Positions 53,241 to 64,000 of a stretch of 64,000 nt of DNA are shown here, piece after piece. The notes beneath the pieces were generated by a model, which searched no databases, was not told where the DNA came from, and saw only the letters and a program-made list of their open reading frames with translations. This DNA is from Phoronis australis (lineage: Eukaryota; Animalia; Phoronida), in contig NMRA01000282.1 of assembly GCA_002633005.1 (NCBI GenBank), positions 271,748 through 335,747 of the forward strand, written 5' to 3'. The position numbers and the translations under genes are program-made. The stretch's first letter is position 1. Each line of letters begins with the position of its first letter.

Positions 53241-53906
53241 GACAATTTTACTCATAGATAATTTTGCAAACAATTTTGGGCACTAAATACTCTTCCGAGT
53301 ATCTAAATAGTTAATAACTTTCATGAATGTTTTTCAACTATCATGATCATGATGATTGAATATTCATTATTCAAGCCAATGGCGTGATCTCAAATTCATG
53401 ATCACAAATACGTTTGTACGTGAGTTTCTATGCCACTGATTACTTATAGAATGTTTTCCATGTTTGTGCTGTGATTTGTAGGGAGATGTTTGACTATTAT
53501 TTTTGCTGGCGGGAGCACATTGCATTAATTTTCCCGTTTATGGTATTTATCCCGGTGATTATCTTTTGACGTCATGGCGCTGAGCGTTATCCCTCGTGGT
53601 TTGTTGAACCAATGAATGACCAGTTAAAAAGATCCCTCTTTTCTATTGGATGGCACATACTTTAGTTTCTGAATTCCACCAATGACAAAGTTATTCACTG
53701 TATTTAGCAAAGCTGAATGTGTTTTCAAAAGGTGCATCACTTGTGTATGAAACGTGTTCATTTTGTTCAAAATTTGACCTAAAACTGGTTACATTAAAAG
53801 GTACCTTTGCTTAGTTATGTTGTTACTGATTTTAAGGAAGCTCAGACATTGACTGATTGTTAATATGTGTTGTATTATTTTTATGTGAAACACATTTTTA
53901 TTGCTT

Positions 53907-54983
53907 TCATCTTGTCATTGTGTTGGCCATGGCCTGACGATCCTGACTGTCTGTGACTTGTCCACAGATTGGGCTGTGTAAATCTTTACTTATGTCTTTG
54001 TAATTAGGCGTTGAATGATGATGTTGAATTGATTATATTAATTCAGTTGATGAAATGGTGAAGTCACTTTTTTGTTTGACTTGGAATGTAAACCCCTCTT
54101 ATTATTTGATTTCCAATTCTTTTTTCGTCGCTGTTCTGTCATTATTTTGATGGGTCGCATAGAAAATTTTCCTGTTTTCGTTGGTCTTTCCAAGCCCTGA
54201 AGACCATTACAGTGGGGTGAAAACGTCTGAGGTTAGAGCATGCTTTTTGTTAGTAAAATTAGCTTGTGCGTATGCCTCATCTTGGAAAAGCAATGAAGAA
54301 TCTGGCCTAATAACTAGGGAGGACAATCAAAAAGTAGGTCACGGTGCTCCATATCTGCCTCCGTGTAAAACCCACGTCGGTAAATTACCCGATTTCAGAC
54401 TTCAAAGTTAACTATAAGACAATTTTGTGTTATAAATCGTTACCTTAGTCTTTATTTGTAAGTTTGTAATCTTTTTGTCTCAAATTATCGCTGATAAATC
54501 ATTTTTTGTAAGCTTTTTTTAGCGCACGATTTTCCGCCATGCGATCAACTTTCGAAAAAGTACCTCTTGTTCCTCCTATCCAANTCATCTTGTCATTGTG
54601 TTGGCCATGGCCTGACAATCCTGACTGTCTGTGACTTGTTCACAGATTGGGCTGTGTAAATCTTTACTTATGTCTTTGTAATTAGGCGTTGAATGATGAT
54701 GTTGAATTGATTATATTAATTCAGTTGATGAAATGGTGAAGTCACTTTTTTGTTTGACTTGGAATGTAAACCCCTCCAATTTCTTCTTTTTTCGTCGCTG
54801 TTCTGTCATTATTTTGATGGGTGGCATAGAAAATTTTCCTGTTTTCGTTGGTCTTTCCAAGCCCTGATGACCATTACAGTGGGGTGAAAACGTCTGAGGT
54901 TAGAGCATGCTTTTTGTTAGTAAAATTAGCTTGTGCGTATGCCTCATCTTGGAAAAGCAATGAAGAATCTGGCCTAATAACTA
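53907..54983. repeat. ~400-bp tandem duplication (53907-54316 / 54585-54983) around an N gap
   Basis: Near-identical copies. The first is followed at a TA by a TE-like terminus (gggaggacaatcaaaaagt) running to the N at 54584. Confidence 0.9.
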
Positions 54984-55520
54984 TGTAATCTTCAGTGATA
55001 GTTTTAGGAATGGATCCAGCATCATTGGTGCATAAAAATTCATTGTTTAACTCGGCCCTACATGTCACTAAAGCTGTCAGAATTTCATCAGATTTTGTCC
55101 TGAATAGCACTGCATTCAGCAACTGCAATCCAGAGCAGCAACAATTTCAATGACATGGAGTCTACCATTTTTCGAAAATGCAGATCTCAACTGTTTATTT
55201 ATGTGGTTATTTGAACTGAATTGCTGTTAACTGTTCAGACCAATAACTACTCATGTAACGTGCCGAGATAGCAGACAAAATCAGGCATAATGCCACCCCC
55301 AAGAATTAAATTGAAAAATAGCAGATGTTCGACTAACATGACCCTTAGGTCTTTAAAATTGGCCCCTAGTTTTGAGGCCGTTTGGGTCAACCAAATTGTG
55401 ACCATGTTTTTGTAAAATGATCTACGGCTCTTAAATTTTGTTTTGAAATGCAGTTGGTATTTGTCTTGGTTGTACTTATATTTTATTTCTTGTTTCAGCG
55501 TGTCACTATTGAACACAGAA

Positions 55521-55662
55521 ATGGGAGACATTGAACACTTGCGCCTTGGTTTCTGTTCACTAATCATGCAAGCAAAAGGGTCCCTAATCTCAAACTTTGT
55601 TGCCTGGTTGGATCTTAAAGTGGCCGAGTACAAAGTCTATGGACACATGATTTTGACAGACG
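55521..55662 (+). CDS. Host gene R, first coding exon with the shared N-terminal domain (ends phase 1)
   Basis: Acceptor tttcttgtttcag (exon starts 55499), ATG at 55521, MGDIEHLRLGFC..FVAWLDLKVAEYKVYGHMILTD, donor GTAAGA. Confidence 0.88.
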
Positions 55663-56036
55663 GTAAGAGTTTGTTGTCTGTGAGAATATTTTATGATTGG
55701 AGGGGAATGCTGGAACCTCGCATGGAGTCTTTCAAGTTTTAGTTGCTCAATTTGCCAAATGCAACCTTGATATGGTAACGCTTTTCATGTTTTTCAACTA
55801 ACTTGTTGATGATTTTGAACTTTTCGTGCATATTTTGGTATCTGAAGATAACTTCGCTGAGTTTTGGTCAGACAGTTAATTGTGCTATGAAAACGGAGAC
55901 ATGCAATGGTTCAATCTGAATCGGGGGGTACCTCATTTCTTAAAACTGTGCATTAATATTCTCATGAGTTCGTAGGGTTAGAGATGGTTACAAACTCTTC
56001 AAGTTGCAAAGACTTGTGGCATGAAATTTCATTTAA

Positions 56037-57129
56037 CTCTTTCAACTCCAAGTAACTGTCGGCCATTGTGTCCCTGAACCCCAAGTAACTTAGCACACAT
56101 GGGTTGAACTGAGGTGCTTGTTTTCAAAATTCCATAAACAATCCATTTATAATTGAATTTCAAAGTGTAATACACCAAAATGTAGAGAACAGAATGAACT
56201 TTATCTACAAATTCACCAAAATTAAAAAATCCCACTCTCTCACGTGATGCAGGTAAGTAACACCTGAAATGCCGGTGTTTGTTTGCCAATTTGCCAATTC
56301 AATGTATCGTTTAAAGAATAAAAATGATTTATGAGTAACAGTGTCGTCAATATTCTTCAGTAAAATTTCTTAAGATACATTTTCGATCATATTTCACATC
56401 TTCTATTTACATTTGAAGTTCATAAAGTGACTTAAATTAGGCGATCGTTAAGTTCAACGATTCAAATTTGTCCACTTCCGGTTGTGACTCGCGCTTCGTT
56501 TGGGCGTTCAAATTAATTACCCTGACAATTTCACCGAATATTTCATCAATATAGAAATTTTTAAAGTACTCAACTTGCTTATCAGAACCATCGTACACTC
56601 TAGAAGACTCCACATGTTCAGAAAATTTGCGAAGTTGTCGGAGTTCAACGGCGTTTGTTTGACCCAATTGCGAAATTCGCGACCTGTAAAGTTTTCCTCC
56701 GGTTCAAAGCCATGTAATTCAACTTCTTTGTCGTAATAGTCAACAAAATCTGGCCAGATATATAAAAATTCCTTTTTGGGTTATCTTGTATATTAATTAA
56801 GGAAAAAATATACAAATTATTGCCAATTTCGTCATTTGAAAAGTCCACGTCTGAATCGCCGTCAGCCGACATTTTGTTTTCGCGAGTCATCGATCTAAAT
56901 TCTTGGAAAACCCCTTCAATAACTCACGTTACCTCTCAGCAACGAATCAGAAAAGCTGTTAGAAATGAAGGTAAGGCTATATTTAAATTTGTGACGTACA
57001 CAAAAGAATTCCCCTAATCAACCAATCAAATATTCTGTTGCTTGGAAGTTCGGCATATCGTGAGACCGATAAAGCTTGAATGGAGGTAAGTTTCAGAGAC
57101 CGCTTAAGCGGTCTGCGGTGTTGAAAGGG
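56037..57129 (-). mobile_element. piggyBac deletion derivative in an intron of gene R
   Basis: TTAA flanks, TIR C(T/C)CTTTCAAC(T/A)CC, and transposase N-terminal relics MSADGDSDVDFS and EYFKNFYIDEIFGEIV..NLNA. Confidence 0.85.
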
Positions 57130-58270
57130 TTAATAGTCGCTTCCAAGTGTTTTTGAACTTTTTTGAGGTTTCGTTTGAATGATTTGCAATCAGAAAAGGT
57201 TTGTATTAAGTCTACAGTTTTTTAGCAAAACATAAAGTATATTTTTCCGATAGTCAGGGTTTGTGAAATAAGCAATGTATGCAGACTTTGTAGTTGACGG
57301 GTGTGCAAATTTAATGGAGTAACCAAGCATCGGCTACTTCCTGTGCTTGAATTTGATGACATGAGGCATGCCAACCTGAGTGTTAACAGAGCTTCAGTTA
57401 CTTTATCTTGTTCGGTTATAAAAGGACTTTACCCCATTTTTTGTGTAACGCTCTGTTGAGCAAGTGCCCCTGGGTCACTTATTTAGGACATCCCTTTAAC
57501 CTCATGTTTGTAACAGCAAGAGATATTCCTTACTGATTGTACTAATGAAGTACTGTATGTACTGTGCTCAGACCGCATTACTGCCTTTCTTGCAAAACCA
57601 ACTATCCGAATTGGGCGCAGCTGAAATTTCCCGCCATGTAATCTCGTGTGAGATAGGTGAGCTCATCAGTTCACTCTTTGCTTTTTTTGCATCGGGTGTT
57701 GAAAAGCTGATGCCTTGACATAGCTGAGTGATTAGGGGTTGCAAGCCCCAGTGTCTTAAGAAAAACTGCCAGCTTTGCAGCATTAGCACACGTGTGTGTG
57801 TAGTGTGATTGTTTACTAATTATTTAGTATTTCACTCATTTCTCACCTGGTTTTTGTTGGTGGGATGCTAAAGCATCATTTTTTTAAGTATTCAGGTCTT
57901 TGCTGTCGTCGGTGAAATTTTAATCGTTGCTGTATGTGAATAAGGAGTCACGTGGGTACCAGAAACCTGAACCCATCAAAATTTTAGCCGTATAAGTCGG
58001 TTTTCATTGCATTTTTTGTTCTTTTCAAATTAGAATTCAGCATGTTGTGGGTTTGTTTTTTAGTCACTGTAATTCATTTCACGGGTTTTTTACGCACTTT
58101 GTTGAATTAGTCTTGGAAACGTTCTTATTATATGCTTGGAATCTGCAATCTACTAAAACTTTGCTACTGAATCTTATTCAAGTTACTAATTTCATTCTTA
58201 AGTCTTAGTTGCATGTATTGAATTTAAATGTTTAATGGTTGTGTATTACTAATTCACCCTCCCGTTCCAG

Positions 58271-58937
58271 ATAACGAAAATGAGGGAACAGGGGCCTGGC
58301 AGTATACATCGCCTTCAGATCCCAGTAATTGGCCGCGCAATTTACCGGACAGCTACGGTGACCAGGCATCGAGTGGTCCGCCACCTCAGATGAGCCGCAG
58401 TTCAATCATGAACTTTCGTGGACGAAAGGCACCGTACGCTCGGCCGCGACCGGCGCGGCCGAAGAGCGTCACAAACTTGTTAAAAAATGCAATCTCCAGG
58501 GCCAAAAATACTTCTTCCAGTGCACAACTGACCTTACCTTCGTCACAACCCATCGCCGCTAACTCCACATCCATCAACACAACGACAGATCTCTCGCATA
58601 CTGTTACATCCTTAGACTCTTACGTTCAATCCTCCACAGCCCTCGAAACAGTCACAACAGCAAGCACATCCGGCCCGGAATCATCGTCGACACTCGTGAA
58701 ATCGGAACCTGGTTTAGAAATGACAGTTGAGGCAGCAAAATCAGAACATGACCCGGCAATGAATGAACAAGGAATGTGGTTATCAGATCCCGCCTCTGCA
58801 ACACTGATGGACCAAATGCCAGGCACATCTTTCTCTACACCCCCACCGCCCCGCGCGCCGAGGGGAAGGGGTCGTGGAAGGGGGGGATCCATGTCAGCTC
58901 CCCGTATGTCAACAGGTGCTGCTAGTAGTGCGATGGT
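58271..58937 (+). CDS. Host gene R, large low-complexity exon (phase 1-2)
   Basis: Acceptor cctcccgttccag, donor GTAAGT. 667 nt open, containing DPSNWP, RKAPY, VKSEP and an RGRGRGRG box. Confidence 0.88.
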
Positions 58938-59334
58938 GTAAGTATTAGTCTTCGTCCTTGTGGTGGTTATTAATATCTGCGCTCTCAGCAACCGTTCGGG
59001 ACGCTTTCATACAATACACTCAACTTGAAATAACTAGGTACCACTCTCATTCGGATTCCCACAATGCAGCTAGGGGTTAATGTCCTCCCTCTGTTAATAA
59101 ACGCGGAAGTGCCTAAAATTTTGAAAAGTAAGTCAGTCTTGAAATTCAGTTTTGTGCCTAAAATTTATTAAAATAACCCTTATTAGCTTGCTTATTTAGA
59201 TCTTAACGCATCATTCATTTGATAGCGCTTATTGTCATCCAGTAGTATGGTTATGCTTGGACCACCGATATCAATATAGTTTTTTTTACTAGTCTGTTAA
59301 TACTAGACTGATTCTGTTATGTTTTTATTTCCAG

Positions 59335-59417
59335 GGCCAATCCAGCTGCGAAACGCACTCCTAGTCGAGATTCAGTCAACGAGTTATTACAAACACATAC
59401 CATTCAAACAGAGTCAG
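59335..59417 (+). CDS. Host gene R, next exon (phase 2-1); the gene probably continues beyond the window
   Basis: Acceptor tttttatttccag, donor GTGGGT. 83 nt in frame, ANPAAKRTPSRDSVNELLQTHTIQTES. Confidence 0.8.
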
Positions 59418-62400
59418 GTGGGTGCCACTTACATTATTCATTGGCTTCCCAGTCAGCCAGGTGACGTGTTGTTACACCTGATGACGTTCATCCGATAGTT
59501 GGGCATGGCCTTGAAGTCTTATTCTCTCCTAGTAAGGAAATGTGACAGCTATGTCTTCTCGATATTTGGAAATGTTGACCATCCAAGTAACAAAGTTCGC
59601 ACTAGATCAGTACCGATATTTTTGGGGCAATCCGCTGTCTACTGGGCCAAATTGCTAGCAAAAAGACTTGTGGGGGGGGAGTCTCATGGAAACAGGGTAT
59701 CAGTGAAAACTGTCTCAAATGTTTCGAACATGGTTCAGAACGTTCTTACTCGACTGTACAAAGCTTAGTTGCTTCCTATTTGTTTTTGAACAGATTACAA
59801 GATTGTACCGGAAATTTATTTGGTATACCAGGACCTTAGAGCAATCTTTTTTCCCCAGTTTAGAATACGAGATTGGCAAGTATTGCCAATCAAAAAATGT
59901 CTTTAAAATAGAACATTTCCTTGATTATATGAAATGTTTGCGGTCAAAATTTGTTTCAAAGCGGATATAAACCCTTCTTGCGTCACAAAAAATAAATTTC
60001 GATTTTTGCCACTTAGGACATCGGTTTCAATTTGTTGCTTAGTCAAATTGAAGGTGATTTCTGTACTTGGAAAGAGCTGACAGTTGGTTATTGCTTGAGA
60101 CCAGGCTCTACAAGTTGTCTTGTTACTGCCGGTCATTTTATGAGCTGAGCATGGGTCTCGAGAAAAAGTGAGATGTCATTTTTTTGCATAAATTGCTTCT
60201 CATTTGAGTAACAAACAAGTTGAGACTAATTCTATAGTGACATAGGGTTCAAATTAAAAACGCGTTTCTTTGATGAAATGCGTGTTCATAGGCACTTCCA
60301 AGTTTGTGACTAAAACTTAATGTAAGACGATCATCTTTAAACTTAAAATAGCAGAGAAGGCAGATTTTGATTTCCAAGTTCACTTAAAAAACCTACTTTA
60401 ATCGAAGGACAAACAACCTAAAACTGTCAAGAATTATAAGTGTTGCTTTGGGTGTAGATACCGCCGCATCTTGTCCAACTAGAAGCTCTAGATTCCTTTT
60501 TGTCCGACTTCAGAATTATTTCTTCTGATAAGCGAAAAACGATAGGAGACTTGGCAGACTTCTCGGTGCTTTGTCTTTGCGGATCAAATATCATCCTCTT
60601 TCCCCCACATGTAACTATCTCACCTGGGCTGAAAATTTCATATCACTAAATAAATTTAAATTTTCTCAAGTTCCAATGTAAGTTGACATTTGATCATTCA
60701 TGGGTTTACTTCTGCGGGGGTGTTCTCTCAGCAAAGAAAATCACCGATTTCAGAAGCCAGGGGTTTTTTACCCACGGATAATGAGGGTCATGATTGTCAT
60801 TGGAATACAGGTTTGCCACTACATGGTAGCTATACAAGCAATTTCACTTCAATAGCCATTTTTCAATGTGGCGGTGACATAATGAAATCTGCCTTGTCAC
60901 TAGGTGGCAGTAGAGCAGCTGGTGGACAGCGTTATGCGATTTTGTGTTGGATGTAATGCAGTGACATTTGCATTTTTTTGTAATTTTTTGCGACTAGCTT
61001 GCTATCAACTTGCCGCTGTTATGCGTCGGTATAATCTTATCGCCTGAAACTCCTAACATTTCAAAATCTCGGTTGGTAGAAGTCCATCAACTCTGCCCAT
61101 TTTGCACACCAGAATTAGAAATTGGGGCTCTCACAATTATGCGTGTCGGATGTTCCCTATGAAAAAGTACTCGGCTGTTCTTGCTATCGAGGGCTTAACG
61201 TCATTGGTGAGTCATGACACGTCGTCCAACTGACTGGGTTAATTAACTCTGAGTGAGGGACCATCTGATTCCTGCACAGGGCGGAGCAAAGCCCATTGTT
61301 AACAGATTGTCCATGTTATTGTATTTGGAGACTTGTAATCAAATTTTCATTTTCGTGTTTGAAATTGATTTGAAAATCTAAAGAGTACAATTACGGATGT
61401 CTAATTTGTAAACACTGTAACGCGTACTGCTGAATTTTTTGAGGTGGCTAATATTTGAAAAAAGTAAATATCTGAAATGTTAAACCACATGGCATGTGAC
61501 ATTTTTTTTTGAAAGCATTTGGTGCAGGCATGATCCTTCACTCGAGGAAAAATCACCATTCTTTATTTGGCCAAGAACAAGTGATTATGTCTTCCTGTCT
61601 GCTTGTGTTCTGAATTTTAAGTTGTATGGAGTGCTTCTTTGGTGGGTCAAAAATGACCAACTTCAAAGTAATGTCAAACAATAATGAACATTTTATTTCT
61701 GTATCATGGGCCATAGTCCCGTTGTCCAAAAATCATCATTGACACACTTGACACCTATGGACTCTAGTTTGACCACAGTATAACCATAGAAAACGAGAAG
61801 TGTTTACTTGCTTTATTCCACGACTTTGCTTTTGACTCTCATCATTGTGTGAAATTGGATGTCCCAAGGTAATAGTCATATTAATTAAACTGCACTCAGT
61901 ATGCCTTTAAGCAAATGTGATCTGATGGTTTCAGAGGTCAGTTGGCTAGTTGTTAGCCAAGCCTAAAATTTAATTCCTTTGATGTAGTACTCAAATTTAT
62001 GCACATAATGAAACGATTTGTATTGTAACTCGATATGATATCGATCTACAAGTATCACGTTCAGGGATTCTTGTATTGTTAGGGAGACAGGTACACTTTT
62101 TCTTGGCCGCAAGTAGACTCCACGCAACAGTCAAGGTGTGTGTGTGTTTTGTGCTATTAAAGTAGGCTAGTTTAATAAGCCCAGGTAAAGGGGATTCGTT
62201 CAAGTGTTGTGTTAAATTTTAAGAGCTCACAACAGACTAGGTCAACCCGCGTAAAACTTACGAAGGTTAATCTGCGTATACATCCGAGAACCATCTGGAC
62301 ACAACTGCAACATGTGTCGTTCTGCTGTGACGATATCTTGTCTGTTAAGGTTGTGTGGGACCCTAGAAAAACGCCAAATTTGGCCGCCTAACTTTGGAAC

Positions 62401-64000
62401 ATCTTTTCTCTTAAGTGGCTGATCAGATCCACATGAAACTTTCAAATACTATGCTTTATGTACTGTTCTAAACATGTTGATAGGTTTTGTTTTTAAAATG
62501 TTCCACCTTTGAATTGGCTCCATCAGAAGTAGCACTTTTGCAACTCGTATCAAAGAAAGATCAAAAGTGTTGCGTGAAACTGAAACTACAGCGTCGTTTT
62601 GAGATTTGATCTTCAACATTTATGTAAAAAATGACCATCTCGTTGATACCGCTGTGTTCTATACACCTTTCTTTTAGGCTAAATTCTGTTAAAAGGACAC
62701 GGTCACGTGACTAAAATGATGACACGCTGACACAGAGTTAGAATTAACGCCTACGGGCTTTCTACTTTTAGAAAATACACACATCTACGCGTTTAGTTTT
62801 CCGAGTTTTGTTGATATTTGGCTAACTGCAGACGTGTCAACAAGGTCCTACATAACCTTAAACAATTGCGATGTGTTTAATGATTACATTGGAGCTGTTC
62901 CTTGATTGGTTGCGTGGATGTGATAACTCTTGTTGATGTATTATTGCCTTTGCTATTGGTTGGGAGATCGTGAATCGCTCAATGCATTCCCATGCAGTTA
63001 CCGCCTGCGATTATGGTTTGTTGGCAGCTTTTGTCATTTTTGGTTGGCGAAGAACAAGTGCTGCAGTAAAAAGGTCTGGTTTGGGATGCCAAAATTGAAA
63101 GTAAAACCTGAGTTCTCTTAATTCTGAATAGAACAATGTGGCAGATTTTGTATTTCTCAGATTTCGAACCCTGCCTTTCAACTGAGTCTGGAAACTGATG
63201 TAAGACTTCATAAAATTGTTGAAATCGGCCACTGGTGCACCATTTTTGCGTGCCCGTCCCCTTAGTATGAAACACCAATTGTTTTTCCATTGTATTATTT
63301 GAATTTGGGACTACCCGTATTTCTAAAATTTGGTGCATGTCCAGACTTGCTCAAGTTTTTATTACTGTCCCAAATTGGAGAATTTCTAACATACTAGTGT
63401 TGCATTGAAACTGCATTTTGTTGGGTTGATTGAGCGCTGATTCATTATCTTTCAACTCCTACTAACTTGGTTGAATAGCAGTCTACCTAGGCTAGTACTC
63501 TTTGCTAACCTGGAATTCTATCTACGAATGTGCACTGAATTTGTTAGTGGCCAAGAGTTGATCAATGGGCATGTGGCGCGCTGCAGCTGGTTTGATGGCT
63601 ACCACCTGTTGGTGGAGTGCGTCCTCAGTTCAGTCGCGTGTCATCTGGCGGCGATTGTAGCGTCTAGCGTTTGCTCGACAGTTTCGAGTTGAGTAGTACG
63701 CTGAAGTATGAGGTTCCGTTCTCGGAGATTTGGTTCGCCTCTGGATATGTGGCCCGCCTTAGAATGTTGTAATGAATACATTGCACAAGGTGATCCACTG
63801 AGGTTCCGGGTGCCTACTGTAACATTGTAGGAGTAATTTTGAGAAAGTTGCATTTCCCTGTTGACCAATTTACTCATTAAGACAGAATGTTGTGTCAGCT
63901 TAGAAATGGTGAAATGCATTTCTTAATTATTGCAATGTCCCACGGAAAACTAAGCCTGCTGGGAACAGCAGTAGCCCAAATCACACCAGCTGTGAGCGGT

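Noticed and set aside
58386-58991. Minus-strand ORFs overlapping the gene R exon (also plus-strand ORFs at 39457-39976 and 27034-27285)
   Set aside because: Antisense shadows of GC-rich coding exons.
61241-62742. Possible TIR pair taactctg(a/t)gt
   Set aside because: The match is too short, with no convincing TSD or coding relic.

Overview
This is animal (metazoan) nuclear DNA, AT-rich, with GT-AG introns. The TE families suggest a marine invertebrate (inference). Most of the window is nested, decayed transposons: Gypsy relics, a ~644-bp miniature LTR element, piggyBac, a full-length ISL2EU-type element (THAP-DDE plus SWIM-YqaJ-PHD), Tc1, pogo, Kolobok, Academ-like, hAT5-like, Penelope with hammerhead motifs, and HINE/DINE-like elements. 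Among the TEs are two divergently transcribed paralogous genes around a candidate bidirectional promoter at ~53.0-53.25 kb. They share an unrecognised ~40-aa N-terminal domain (FVAWLDxKxAEYKxxG), identical intron phases and similar PY-NLS-like and SUMO-like motifs. The minus-strand paralog's last shared exon ends in phase 1 and can splice in frame to either of two BEN-domain exons that are 50% identical. One BEN exon lies inside a 9.5-kb TA-flanked Tc1-type element inserted in that intron. This suggests a common N-terminus with swappable DNA-binding exons, one possibly delivered by a transposon. Two duplications flanking single-N gaps look like haplotype assembly artefacts. All calls come from reading the sequence by eye; no searches were run.
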